A stretch of 64,000 nt of DNA from Azolla caroliniana (Eukaryota; Plantae; Polypodiophyta). The position numbers were made by a program, and so were the translations under genes. Shown one piece after another: positions 11,512 through 24,617 of the stretch. Each line of letters begins with the position of its first letter. The stretch's first letter is position 1. The DNA is taken from the NCBI GenBank assembly GCA_043228905.1, contig JBHGNT010000004.1:7812001-7876000 (forward strand), given 5' to 3'. The notes under the pieces were generated by a model that was not told the origin of the DNA, ran no database searches, and saw only the letters and a program-made list of their open reading frames with translations.

Positions 11512-12288
11512 GATTGATCCCCCCCCATTACACAAGCCTTACAAGGGTTTTTATAGGTTTATCTATCCTTCTAACATGCACAAAACCATGTGGGCTTGAA
11601 CCTGTGGTTTTCGGGCACACGGTTTTCCTTGTGGCATGCACAAAACCATAGGCTAAAACCATGGTTTTGTGTACACGATTTTGTTTGTTTGTTTCCTATG
11701 GAATACTAAATATGAAAAGGAAATATACAAAATCTAAAGCACTTAGTAGTAGCTTTAGTGGTAAGATAATTGCTTCCTATCTTACAAATGCAAGGTTCAA
11801 ATCTTGCTTGCACCCTTCTATATGCACTTGAATGTCATCAGACCCTAGGCTAATTTTCATATTTATAATCATGTGTATAATGTGTGTGGAGCCACACTAT
11901 TTCACAATTTCTCCCATTGGACACAGAACATCACAACAACGTCACACAACCGCTCCCGTTCTGGCTGTTGCTGCTGCGGCGGTGATACCGGCAATTCAAT
12001 GATCGGTTCTTGATTCACCGGTACTGCCGTGTCCTAGACCGTTGGTTCCACGATGTCCTACCGCAGCCCTTGCTCCGTTCCCGATTCTTGTTGAGCCAGT
12101 TATGCTGCCTTCCTCGGCTACGGATCCTCAGGGGAGGGTTCCCGTAAATTGTCCTATGTTAGCCTTGATGTTCCCCCTTTGTGGCCCTTTTCTCTTCTCT
12201 GGTAACGCCTTTGAAGCGTCTCGGTCGGCTCGTCTTCCTATTGTTCTTCTTCCAGGGTCTCGTTGTTGATTAACGCCGCCAAGGGGTC

Positions 12289-12987
12289 CTACCCCTGTGT
12301 TTTCTCTGGTTGTTGGTCTGCTTGTTGTCCCGACAGGCGCAACTTGATTTTCAACGGTCTCCCCGAGGGGTCCACTGATGCCTCCTTCTCTGCCAACCGC
12401 TTCCGATTAGGCCATTCCTTCGCCTGGGTAGCCAGGAGTTGCTGCCATTTTGAAGCTGTTTTGGGGGTCGCTTTTGTCGATCTTCCCCTCTTCCTTTGTT
12501 TCATGGGCTCCACCGATGGTGCTAACAGAGTGAGCCATTGCGCCACTGTTGTCCACATCTTTTTGCCATCTTTTATCGAGACGATGGCAACACTCAGGTC
12601 GTCGGCAATCATTACCGGCCAATCCACCTGTACTCCCTCGTAGGTGGCTATGATTAGACCGGTTCTATTCCTGGGCATCGCCGGTGGTCGGGGGTACACA
12701 TGGCCATACTCGTGGAGTACCTGAGCGATTTCCCGAAACAAGAGATCTTCACCGCCTTGTGTGCGGTACGCCTTGCCGCCCAGGGAGTATTCCCCAAAAT
12801 ACCTCGTCAGCAGCTCCGGCGAGGGGTTGTCGATCGAGTAGATTCCCCCTTCCGGTAGGCCGGTCATGGCTCGGATGGCTTCCTCGGTGATGACCTTCGT
12901 GTTGATGTTTTTAACGACATTTTCTGCATCTCCATGTGGCGGTGCTTCGACTATCCGCAAGAATCCCTTCAGACCGTGTTGCTTCAT
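12289..12987 (-). CDS. Extra (env-position) ORF of the Athila-like element; degenerate, function unknown
   Basis: 232-aa sense ORF downstream of integrase (ITEEAIRAMTGLP...VDWPVMI), in the position where Athila-like elements carry an additional ORF. Confidence 0.55.
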   Translation of the reverse strand: MKQHGLKGFLRIVEAPPHGDAENVVKNINTKVITEEAIRAMTGLPEGGIYSIDNPSPELLTRYFGEYSLGGKAYRTQGGEDLLFREIAQVLHEYGHVYPRPPAMPRNRTGLIIATYEGVQVDWPVMIADDLSVAIVSIKDGKKMWTTVAQWLTLLAPSVEPMKQRKRGRSTKATPKTASKWQQLLATQAKEWPNRKRLAEKEASVDPSGRPLKIKLRLSGQQADQQPEKTQG

Positions 12988-15900
12988 CTATTTCTTAGCT
13001 GCTTTTGAGAGTACCATGCATTCCATGTCGTCTTAGGAGTCGGTAGGTTGTGGTAAGATGGGTGCGCCTGCGTGCTCTGCGTGCTCTCGCCTGATCACTC
13101 GTAATCGCCTGTGGACGCTGAGATCTCTGTGTTCGCGAAGTGAAAGGGACTCTACGTGGCGTGGGTTTTCTTTCTCCATTCGTGGTGCCTTTTCTTGATT
13201 CCCACGCATGCATGTCCTGTACTAATATAGCAGTCGGTTGACACGTGGTGCGCCTGTCTTTAAAAGCTTTAATTAGCCACCCACCACACCTTTTCAAAGT
13301 GCCAGTTCGCTCCTCGCCTCTGCATGATGACTTCCTTTTTCTTTTTCTTTTTTATTTATTTTTAATTTGAGTTGACTTAACCGGAAGCACCAGGTCCGTA
13401 TCCTGGTTTTTCCCCATATTCACTTTTGCCGGCCACCTGTCTGTTGTTATCCGGTAATTTTTTCTTGCTTCCTCCTATTGGATCAGCCTCCGTCTGCTCG
13501 AATGGGTTCTGTGGCATCAGTCCACAATACGGTTTGAGTTGAAACCCATTGACCCATTTGCCCATTATCTCACCGGCGAGCGTTCCGAGTTGGTATGAAC
13601 CGTTGAATTCCCACGTTATCCAATATGGTTCGGTCCACCAGAACCGTAGCTTTCCCGACATTGGACCCATCCGGGTCTGGAACACGAGTACCGGCTTGCC
13701 GATCCCGAACATCTTCTCATTGCCCTTTAGGTGCCGATCAACAAACACCTTCCTTCGTCACTGCTCTAGTTCCAACTACATGAGACTTGCTATCCAATGT
13801 TCCTCGAGTTCGCATAATGCGACTAACCGGATCTTTTCTGATTCCTTTTCACTTAGTCGTTCTCTAACCTATATCCGCAAACTCGGAACCTGAAATTCAA
13901 TCGACATTACTGCTTCAAGCCCAAATGTTAACCGGAATGGTGTTGACCGGATACTCGTTTTGTGTGCCGTCTGGTATGCCCATAGGGCACTATGTAGCTT
14001 GGTGTCCCGATCGGTTCGGTTTTCATTGACGATCTTTCGCAGGATGTTTTGGAGCGTTTTGTTCGTGGATTCGGCCAGGCCATTGGCTTGTGGATAGTAA
14101 GGGGTACTACGCTTGTGTACCACGGCATAAAATGTTGTTAAGCTCTCCACTACTTGACCGAGAAAATGTCTGCCTTGGTCACTAATTAATTCGATCGGGC
14201 ATCCATACTGGCACCAGATGCACTCATATAAGAACTTTATCGTCAAAGCCGCAGTGTTGTCCTGCAACGCCTTGGCTTCTACCCACTTGGTGCAATAATC
14301 GGTGGCGACTATGACATATCTGTTGCCAGTTCTCATTGCCGGAGGTTTAAAAGGCCCAACGAAATCCAACCCCCATTTCTGAAATGGTTCTAAGGGTAGC
14401 ACCGGCTAGTGAGGCATCCTTGCCTGTTCTGTTCGTTGGCCCATCCGTTGACATAAATCACAGACTTTCGCGTACCGAACCGAGTCCTTTAGTGTCGTCC
14501 GCCACCATAGCCCGCTGTGCCATATCTTTCTTGCCATAGCGTCTCCGGCATAGTGCCCTTCGGCCACGCCACAATGCGCTTCTCGTAATATTGTGTCCTT
14601 TTTGTCGCTTCGCACTACTCGCCGCCATATGCCATCCGCACCTTTGTGGTACAGAGTGTCCTATAGTAGACAAAAATGTCGACTTTGCACCGCTAACCGC
14701 TTCCGCTCATCCCGGTTCATCTCCTCTGGTGGAATTCCCGTGCTTAGGAATTGATGCATGTTGGTTAGCCACTTGTCTTCGTCGACTACCATGCTATCGG
14801 TTACCGTTTCGGCTGTTACTTTAAACAACTCAGCATCCGGAAACTCATTCGGGACTCCATTGCCGGTCTCATCGGAGTCTAACCAGCTCAGATAATCGGC
14901 AACCGCATGCTGTATCCCCGGCCGGTGATATATTTCGAACTCGAACTCTTGTAGCAACAAAGTCCATCGGGCCCGCTTGCCGATGAGTGATGCCTTTGAG
15001 ACCAAATATAACAGCGCTGAGTGGTGGACATGGAAAGAAAATTTCCTTCCCAATAAATAGTGCATGAACTTGGTAACACTGTAAATCATCCCTATGGCTT
15101 CTCTTTCTGTTGTTGAATAATTCCGTTCTGCCTGGGATAGTTTCCGGCTAGCATAATAGACCGGTCGGTACCATTTTGGTTCAGTTAGTTGCATTAGTGC
15201 GCTGTCGATTGCTATGTCGGACGCATCCACGAACACATGGAATTCTTTCGACCAGTTCGGTGGTTGCACCACCGGTGCTTGTGATAGCAGTACTTTTAGT
15301 GCCCGGTAAGCCTCATTCTCCGTATTCGTCCATTGGAATGGTGTCCGGTGAACCGCGGCATGCAATGGTGTAGCAAGATCGGCTAAATACCAGAGCATCC
15401 GGCTATGCCACCAGATTTTCCCTAGAAATCGACTCAAGGCTTTGGCCGTCGATGATGCCGGTGCTTCTAAGATTGCTTTCACCTTATCGGGGTCTACCGC
15501 GATCCCGTCCTTGCAGACAAGATAGCCCAACAATGCACCGCTTGTTACTCCGAATACACACTTTGCTGGATTCAAGCTTAACTGATAACTTCTGCATTTC
15601 TCAAGACATAGCCGGAGGTGTTGGAGATGTTCTCCTTCTCGGCTATACACGGCGAAGTCATCCAGGAATACCTGCATGAATGCCGGAATGAACTCGTCAA
15701 ATATTTCCATGATTATTCGTTGAAAGGTTGCCGGCGCGGTCTTGAGCCCGAACATCATTACCACTGCGACAAAGACTCCCCATTCGGTGATGAATGTTGT
15801 CTTGTCTTGGTCGTCGGGGTGCATCCTTATCTGATTGTAGCCGCTGAAACCATCTAGGAAGCTATACACTTCATGACCAGCTACCGCATCCAACACTCCA

Positions 15901-16892
15901 TCCGTAAACGACAGTGAAAAGGCATCGGTCACTGTCGCCGCATTGAGTTTTCGGTAATCAACGCACACCCGGATTTTACCGTTCTTTTTCGGCACGATGA
16001 CTATGGGACTTAACCATGTGGCTTTTTTCACTGGTCGGGTAAAACCGACCCGTAGCAACTTGTCAATTTCCTCTTTGACTTTTGCCTCATAGTTAGGGTT
16101 CATCCGGTAATGCCGTTGTGCTACCGGTTTGGCATCTTTACTGAGGTGTATTTGGTGTTGGTACAACTGAGGATCCAGTCCTCACATGTCTTCATAGGAC
16201 CAGGCGAATACGTCTCGGAATTCCTTTAATAAAGTGATCATCGCCATTCTGTTGTCTAGTGACATTTCCTTAGCAATATGAACCGGTCTAGCGTTGTCCC
16301 CGGTCCCTAAGTTCACTTCCTCTAACTTGGATGCTTTCACGCGTTGGGATATAGCCATCTCCCTCTCCAGAGATTCCTGTGCTTGCCGTAAATCTCTGAT
16401 AGCTTCCCAATCTGGTTCCTCGATGGCATCATCTGATTGCATTCTATATGGTGGCACTACTTCCGCCACATCGATTTCAAATAGGGGTACAATTTTTGGG
16501 TTTTCTTCTAAGTACCGGTCAACCTCTTCGTCCGCAAGCCCCTTGAGCATGTTTACCCCTTCCGCATATAGCAGTGTCAGCTCCTTGCCGGCACTTGCTC
16601 GGGGGTGGGTAGGTACCCTTTAGTCTTTCCTTGCCGGAAGGTAATCATGTTTTTCCGCCAATTTTGTTTGATATGCGCCGTTTTTAGCCATGGGCGGCCC
16701 AGCAATGGCGGGTAAGCCCCTTGCGCATTGAGCTAGAGAACCACCGCCGAAATGCGGAATGCATGACCTCTGATAGTTACAACTAGATCCCGTATCAACC
16801 CGGTAGGTCTTACTGAACTTGTATCCGCCATCCGGAGCCAAAACTGGCAAGGCTCCCATTCCTGGATTCCCAGGGTATTACAAGTCCGTAGA

Positions 16893-18291
16893 TGTTGTCC
16901 GCTGGAATAGTAACCGACGGCCAAAAGCGTAGGAATAAGAAACTATATAAAGCGTAACGTATGTAACGGTTCACACGGGTACGCGTGAACGGCTAATTAG
17001 ACCCTGCATATATAAAGGGCAGAAAACCTCGTAAGGAGGTGTGTGTAAATTCTGGGAATTGTAAAAAGAATGCCTGATAATAGAATACTATCTTCTCTGA
17101 GTTTCTGTGTATAGCTACGGCTAATTCAGTGTCTGTGTCTCGGATATGTAATCGTAAGAGTACGTAAGCGCAACCTGTGAGAAGGAGTCGGTTGTAGCCG
17201 TCTCCCCTTACACACAGCGGAGTCACAGAGATTCTCTCCTTACGTAGTACGATTAAGCTTTGTTCGTTGTTCCACACCCACCTTGGGGTCTAGGTCGAAG
17301 GACTGACCACGGACCGTGTTTCCTAAGAGGCAACACTTTTGGCACGCCCGGTGATCTGTGTTTCCTCATAGACGAGCAACAACGAATGGATGTTTAGCCG
17401 CAGATGACTCAGAGTTCCCCACAAGACCAGATAGCGAAACGATTAACCAACAAAAGGTCCAGCCCACGCCATCTTCAGAAAACGCGGAAAATAGTGCGGA
17501 CCAGGCGGAATCCCCGCCCCACGCCCAGGGACACACAAAAACGGCCAACACCGCGGAGGACGTAACAATAGCGGCGGAGCACCAGCCGACAGCAAGCACG
17601 CTACCGGCGGAGCCTAGTCCACGAACTCAAGAAGAGCCCACCGTACCCGGACCACCCGCACACGGCGAAGGCGACTCCGAGAGAAACCAGGCCGACCAAG
17701 CAGAGGAGCCGCACCACGATGCTCCTATGGGCCCTACATCAACTCCGGCTGAGGACACCACAACAGAGCCAAACATCCGGGCCATTTTGGAAGAAGATTA
17801 ACGGGATGGGTCCGACATGCAAATGCACTGTCCCACAAGCGTGCCAGGTGTTGTCCGCGGAAATAGTAACCGACGGCCAAAAGCGTAGGAATAAGAAACT
17901 ATATAAAGCGTAACGTATGTAACGGTTCACGCGGGTACGCGTGAACGGCTAATTAGACCCTGCATATATAAAGGGCAGAAAACCTCGTAAGGAGGTGTGT
18001 GTAAATTCTGGGAATTGTAAAAAGAACGCCTGATAATAGAATACTATCTTCTATGAGTTTTTATGTATAGCTACGGCTAATTCAGTGTCTGTGTCTCGGA
18101 TACATAATCGTAGGAGTACGTAAGCACAACTTGTGAGAAGGAGTCGGTTGAAGCAGTCTCCCCTTACACACAGCGGAGTCACAGAGATTCTCACCTTACG
18201 TAGTACGATTAAGCTCTGTTCGTTGTTCCACACCCACCTTGGGGTCTAGGTCGAAGGACTGACCACGGCCCGTGTTTCCTAAGAGGCAACA
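16893..18291 (+). mobile_element. Small non-autonomous (TRIM-like or internally deleted) LTR element inserted into the host protease region
   Basis: 443-bp LTRs at 16893-17335 and 17849-18291; TSD GTAGA/ATAGA; PBS TGGCACGCCCGGTG at 17340; 513-bp internal region with an acidic/Pro-rich ORF remnant; no PPT. Confidence 0.92.
17340..17353 (+). promoter_or_regulatory. PBS complementary to a tRNA-Arg(UCU)-type 3' end
   Basis: TGGCACGCCCGGTG, 4 nt after the 5' LTR end. Confidence 0.8.
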
Positions 18292-21200
18292 ATAGACTGA
18301 TCACGTTCATGCTTGATCCTCCATCCACCATCGTCCCTAGTAGTTCGCGTCCTTTGACGATGGCGGTGATTGCCGGACTGTTCGTGTCTACCACTGCTGG
18401 CCCTTCTTCTAGATTTGAGAAGAACGCAGGAGCCGGCAACGGAATTGATATGGTCACTCCTGATTTCAGCCCTTCCGTAAACCAGGGCACTAGCTGTAAT
18501 AACCGACCCAATGGCAACGTAATCTGACATTCTTGTAACGCTTGGCATGTTGGGTTTTCCAGCTGAATCGTGTCGGTGGCCTCTTCTGGTTTCTCCTTTT
18601 GTTGTTCAAGCTCAGCCACATTGTGCTCATTTGCCTTCTTCATCCACTCGGTGGCTTGCTTTCAGATTGCCTCTTGTGTTTCCCACTCCATTGTTTTGCC
18701 TTTGCCCTGGTGGTGACTTGTTGTATGTCGGCGATTTCTGTGACCACCATATTTACAGCTGGTCTTATCTCGTAGCTTTTAACCGGACATTGATTACTGT
18801 AATGTCCTTGCCGACAATAGTAGCAATACGCTTTGTGGTTATTGCTGGATTCGACGTTCGCTCCGGTACCCAGTTGAGGTCCTATTGGTGGTCGGTTGGG
18901 TGGTTGGGCTTGGTCCGGTTGGGTGCTTGGCATGCCCTTGTCCAGCTGCCACTAGCGGTCCTCCTTTCTAGTGTTCCATTTTTTGTTGTAGCGTTTCTTG
19001 TTCCGGTAACCCTGTCGGGGCCAATTTTCATAGTTGCCTTGATCCTCCCTTTGTTGGTTGTAGCCGGGGGAGTGATCCCGGTTGTATCGCTCGTATTGTT
19101 CACCGTTGTAATCTCGGTAGCTATCCCACCGGTCTCGGTCGTGAGCGTCCTTTCTGTCGTTGTTCCGAATATCTTGCGTCGGCCGGTAACGCTCATCTCG
19201 CCGCCAACGTTCTTCTTCCTCCTCCCGGTTGCTCCGAGGTTCGATTTGCCTTACCGGTGCCACTTGCCGGTTCAGCAAGTTATATTCGCATCGGTCCATT
19301 GTGTGCGTTCTGGAGTCACGACATTACATGCACTGTGTCCGCGTGGTACATTCTATTGCCGAGTGCCCGACATTGAGACACGTCGTACATTGTATAGCTT
19401 GCCGAAAACGTAGGTCATCTTCTGTTGGTAATGTACGTTGGACTGCCCCCATTGTTAGCCACGAGCTTGTTTTTTCCATCTCCCTATCCCGTTCTATGAC
19501 TTGGTCAATCGTACTAGTGTGGAAATCGATCACGGCGCACACTGTACGCAGGGGTTCCTTGAGTGCGGCTAAGAAGATTGCTTTCGCCTCTGCCTCCGGT
19601 GGTGCCCGATTGAGCTGACTGTGCATTCGCTGGAACCGGATTACAAATTGTTGAATGGTTTCCGTAGGTTCCTGTTGTATGGTGTAGAATAGGCCGACCA
19701 TCTCCCGTTGATCCACCTCCTTGTTGAAGAACTATAAAAATCTGGTTTTTAAGTCTTCAAATGTCGTGATGTTGCCGGGAGTGTGCGTCAAGCGCCATTG
19801 CGCGACTGGTCCTTCCAAGGTCATGCCGAACTTTGCAATCTTCGATCATTCTGCTTTGGCGGCGGTCAAGCGTTGCGACACATGGTTTGCTTCCCATGTT
19901 TGCAGAAATGCATAGACATGAGCTTCTACGTCCGGATCATCCCGGTACTTGGGATATTGGAACGACATGTCGTCGTCGGGTGTCAGAGGTCTCCCCTCTT
20001 CTTTCGGTAATAGAGGTCTTTCCTCCTCTTCTTTCGGTGTCTCACGTGGCGGTGTCGGGAGTTGATCCGCCACCTGCTGATCTGGGGCTTCCAGTACCGT
20101 TAACTTCGGTTCTGGTGTCGGCAAGGTATCCAACTACTGGTCCTCCGGTCCGTCTGGGGTGTCGTGGTTGCTACAATAATTCGAATGGGCGATGCATTCA
20201 TCATCTGAATCCGATTCGAAGACCAAGAATGGTTCCAAATCGCCTCCCCCTATCGCTAGTGCCTGCAGAATAGATTCCGAGTCCCGGAGGCTACTCACGC
20301 TACTTCCTTCGTCCGGTTGGGAATTCTGTTGTTCGCGGAGTGACTCTGCGGCCACTCATCGGATTACTTTGGAAAATGAGTGATCCACACGGATCTCTTC
20401 TACCACTTGTTGGAAAGCCTCTCACTTCCGCAATCATTCAGCAAGTCTTCTTGCTCACTCCGTAACCGGGTCATTTGTCGGTCTAGTCATCCATGCCCGC
20501 CGTTGTTCGCTACGTTTGTGCAGGAATCGTGGTCGCCAAAAACTGTGTAATCGCTAGGGCCAGACAATGGCCTAACAAAGGGTGTCCCTTTGAGACACTT
20601 CACCAAAGGGGTGTTGCGGTGAGATAGAGTTAGACCGACTATTAATGGAACCTTAATGGGTTACTTGCGGCAATATCAATAGTCACAATACACGCGTAGG
20701 ATAAATTACACTTAGCACAGAACGGTAATTAACAATGATTAAGATACAGAACAACAACACTCTATTAATTATCAGTTAATGATTACAATCTAACCGGCCC
20801 TTTTTATAGGTCTCCGGTTTTAGGTACAAACCGGTGCCAACCGGCAACCGGCTACGAACCGGTCAGGATCCGGATCGGCATACCGATTCTGTGTCTGTTC
20901 ATTCGCTTCTCAAATCATAATAATAAATATATAATTAGCTCCTAGTTATTAATTATCCCCTCGTTTCCCATTCTGGACTTTCCTTGCCGACTGGCTAACA
21001 AAAGGCACGTTATTACAGGTGACACGAGTCTCGAGTAAGCGTTGGTCATTCCCAAGAACTTTAACCGCAAATCTGACCACTAAGCGAGCAAATACTTATT
21101 ACATTCGACTTTGATGTAATCGCCAAATGTATTCAAAAGCCCTAACTAAGGCACCGTGGTGGCAATTACTTCATAGGTTGATTCCTCTTAAGTTTCAACA

Positions 21201-21337
21201 CGTGCACGAAATCTTAAGAATCCCTAAAACACTCCTCGAACGAAGCTCGGGCCATAACGTCTTGAATAATGACCCACGCAAGGAGGGAAAGAAGATTGTA
21301 GCGGTGGTTTTGACGTACAACTAATTCAACCACGTAG

Positions 21338-21409
21338 TATCAAAGCGAGGTTTCAATCCTCGAACCAGTGGGTTATGGGCCCACCACGCTTCCGCGGCGC
21401 CACTCTAAT
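21338..21409 (-). tRNA. Initiator tRNA-Met(CAT)-derived copy, probably a pseudogene
   Basis: Minus strand ATTAGAGTGGCGCCGCGGAAGCGTGGTGGGCCCATAACCCACTGGTTCGAGGATTGAAACCTCGCTTTGATA: 72 nt, intact anticodon arm, iMet-type T-loop with substitutions, no adjacent oligo-T terminator. Confidence 0.85.
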
Positions 21410-22809
21410 GCGGACGGCTTAAAAGTCAAAGAGAGGTAAATAATGCAAAGAGAACAACATGAGAGGTCTTGCTTATTTCTCCTTGTTAAAAAACTCAAGA
21501 AGGCATGGAAAAGTTATAAACAAGATCGATGTTAGCAAATGGAGTGTGAACAAGCCGAGCATGAGCACGACGGGTGGCGTCGTTAAGTAGTATAGATGTT
21601 CGTACGTACTCGACGCATGTCAATGAGTCTGCCTCATTCGTTCTCGCGTCGGAGTTGGTGTGGGAAAACACCCTCTTGTGGGCATCACAAGAGAGAGGGC
21701 GACCTAATTGTTCTCGAGTGTGCCAACATACCATATTAGCACACTAGGAAACCATCTTGCTCACCGTAGCACGTCGAGGTTTTGTGTCATCTATCGGACT
21801 CGGGTCACCACTTGTATGGTTGCACCAAATTGGGAAAATGATCGACACTAGTTTGACGCCAATTTTCGTTCCCTTGCCCTCAAACGTTATATGGTACATG
21901 CCACAAACCTCAAGAAGCGACCCCTCCTCGAAACTAGGTGAGACGGCCTCCAACCCGATGACATGCGGAGGTGGTAGGTTTGTCGACTAGAAAACAACTC
22001 CAGCTTTACAGCATTTCGAGAACGATGTCATTCATTACAGCAAGAACTTCTCGTTTCTTCTCCGTTGACGTTACATTGGCAAGGAAAGGAGAACAAGAGA
22101 ACTGATTTCAACCGTCTGTTTTGATGAGCGGTTGTTGGTGCACATGATTTGGCTCATGCAAAATCTCAAATGCTGCAGCTAGTGTCTTGAAATGATGTTA
22201 AAAGATGGTTACATATCCCACCGATCTATGGCTTTGTTCGGTAAAACTTGGAAGGCGAGATGATGTTGTGAGGATGTTTGGTCGGGAAGACAAGTCCGCA
22301 ACCTTGGATGGATTGGTAGATGAAGGGTAAATTGCACTAATATTGTCAATGGTAAGTTCTAACGTGTTGCAATGAACATCATGTTGTAATGACTCCCGTT
22401 AAAAGCAAAAGAAAGACCTAAGAGTAAGCATTAAGTCTGATGTGCAGTTGTGGGAAATGTTGTGCAGCGTGGTTGGAGTTCTCAATTGCGGTTTTCGTCC
22501 AAGGTGTTCATACGTACAACGATAATGTGTGGTCTTCCTCGGCGTTATTACAGGTGACACGAGTCTCGAGTATGCGTCAGTCATTCCCAAGAACTTTAAC
22601 TGAGGATTTGACCACTAAGCGAGCAAATACTTATTACATTCGACTTTGATGTAATCGCCAAATGTATTCAATACGTGCGCAAAATCTTAGCAATCCCGAA
22701 AAAACTCTCGAACGAAGCTCGGGCGGTAACGTCTTGAATAAGGACCCACACAAGGAGGGAAACAAGATCGTAGCGATGGTTTTGATGTACAACTCATTCA
22801 ACCGCGTAG

Positions 22810-22883
22810 TATTAGAGCGAGGTTTCGATCCTTGGACTTGTGGGTTATGGGGGCCCACCACGCTTCTGCTGCACCACTTTGAT
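22810..22883 (-). pseudogene. Second tRNA-iMet-derived copy, with a 2-nt insertion in the anticodon loop
   Basis: Minus strand ATCAAAGTGGTGCAGCAGAAGCGTGGTGGGCCCCCATAACCCACAAGTCCAAGGATCGAAACCTCGCTCTAATA. Confidence 0.85.
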
Positions 22884-23599
22884 GCGGACGGCTTAAAAGT
22901 CAAAGAGAGGTAAATAATTCAAAGAGAACAACACAAGAGTTCTTGCTTATTTCTCCTTGTTAAAAAACGAGCACGACGGGTGTCCTCGTTAAACAAGATC
23001 GATGTTAGCAAATGGAGTGTGAACAAGTTGAGCACGAGCACGACGGGTGTCCTCGTTAAGTAGTATGGATGTTCCTACGTACTCGACGCATGTCAATGAG
23101 TCTGCTTCGTTCGTTCTTGCGTCGAAGTTGGAGCGGGAAAACATCCTCTTGTGGGCAACACGAGAGAGAGGACGACCTGATTGTTCTTGAGTGTGCCGAC
23201 ATACCATATTAGCTCACTAGGAAACCATCTTGCTCACCTTAGCACGTCGAGGTTTTGTGTCATCCGTTGGACTCGGGTCACCGCTTGTATGGTTGCACCA
23301 AATTGGGAAAATGATCGATGGTAGTTTCACGCGAATTTTCGTTCCCTTTCTAGAACCCTGAAACGCTATATGGTACGTGCTGCAAACCTCGAGAAGCGAC
23401 CCCTCCTCGAAACTAGGTGAGACGACTTGTAGCCCGATGACTTGCGGAGGTGGAAGGTTTGTAGACTAGAAAACAACTCGAGCTTTGCAACATTTCGAGA
23501 ATGATGTCATTTGTTACAGCGAGAACTTCTCGTTTCTTCTTAGTTGACGTTACATTAGCAAGGAAAGGAGTCCTCTAGCACAGTCATCAAAGCCATTGT

Positions 23600-24617
23600 C
23601 CCGCTCATTTTGCAACTCTAGTCCCACCAGGAGGGAGGCCTTATCCTTTTACCTCATCACTTCACCACGACATCCAATTATACTTGGGTTGTCTTGGTTG
23701 AAAGCCAACAATCCTATTATAGATTGACACAACCACTCGCTTACTTTTAAACCGTGATCTCACATGGAGGTTGGAGCGGCTTCCCAGGTTGTTGTGTCTG
23801 AATGGTCCAAATCGTTTTCTGTCGATCACTCCTCCATTCAAGTAGGAAATGGTTCCAACTCGATTGCTCATGCCCCAGTCGCAACACGTTCCATCTCAAT
23901 GGGCAATGGCTCAAAATCGAGTATCCAAGCTTTGGTTCGAAAACCACTCTCAACTCGCTTCCATCCAAATATGGTGACTTTGTTGATGTGTTCAAGAAGA
24001 AGAATGCCCCAATAATGCAGATCACTTACTGGAGCATCGACCATATGATTGTCCAATCAATTTGCAAGAAGGCGCCTCTCCACCATTTGGGCCCATCTAT
24101 GGCCTCTCTAAACCAGAACTAGAGGCTCTTCAAACATATCTAGCTGAAAATTTGGAGAAGGACTTCATCCAATTGTCTAAGTCACCTGTTGGGGCCGTCA
24201 TCTTGTTTGTCAAGAAAAAGGACGGATCGTTGTGCCTATGTGTGGATTATCGTGGCCTACCTTTAATCCTAGAACTCCTCGATCGCCTTCGTAAAACATG
24301 TGTCTTCTCCAAGATTGACTTGCGGGGGGGCATACCACTTAGTTCAGATTAAACCTGGTGATGAATGGAACACAATATTTCATATGTGATACAGACACTT
24401 CGAGTACAAGGTAATGCTCCAACTATTTTTTAACATATGATGGATGACATATTTCGAGAATATCTCGATCACTTTGTCATTATCTACCTTGATGACATTC
24501 TTGTCTTTTCGTCGATCATTGAAGAGCATACTCACCACGTTCGATTGATTCTCTCCAAATTCAGGGAGCATGGCCTCTATGCCAAGAGTGAAAAATGCGA
24601 GTTTGATCGCAATTTTG
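23600..24617 (+). mobile_element. Degenerate Tcn1-like gypsy PR-RT fragment
   Basis: [10 protein letters not shown]...[17 protein letters not shown]...FSKIDLRG; YLDDILVFS; frameshifted. Confidence 0.85.

Larger units (their letters stand above)
11947..21000 (-). mobile_element. Degenerate Athila-like non-chromovirus Ty3/gypsy element, 3'-truncated, with an extra ORF after integrase
   Basis: 5' LTR 20544-21000; PBS TGGCGACCAC at about 20529-20538 (tRNA-Arg-like); gag 18640-20355; PR split by an insertion; RT/RH 14661-16550 (YSFLDGFSGYNQI, FLDDF); INT 13377-14615; extra ORF about 11950-13030. Confidence 0.9.
21008..23570. repeat. Diverged direct tandem repeat, unit about 1.53 kb (about 1.7 copies), each copy containing a tRNA-iMet-derived sequence
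   Basis: cgttattacaggtgacacgagtctcgagt recurs at 21008 and 22542; the copies stay colinear to ...gcaaggaaaggag (22090 / 23569). Confidence 0.9.

Noticed and set aside
18547-19413. 288-aa hydrophobic plus-strand ORF
   Set aside because: Antisense shadow of the R/N/D-rich gag region.
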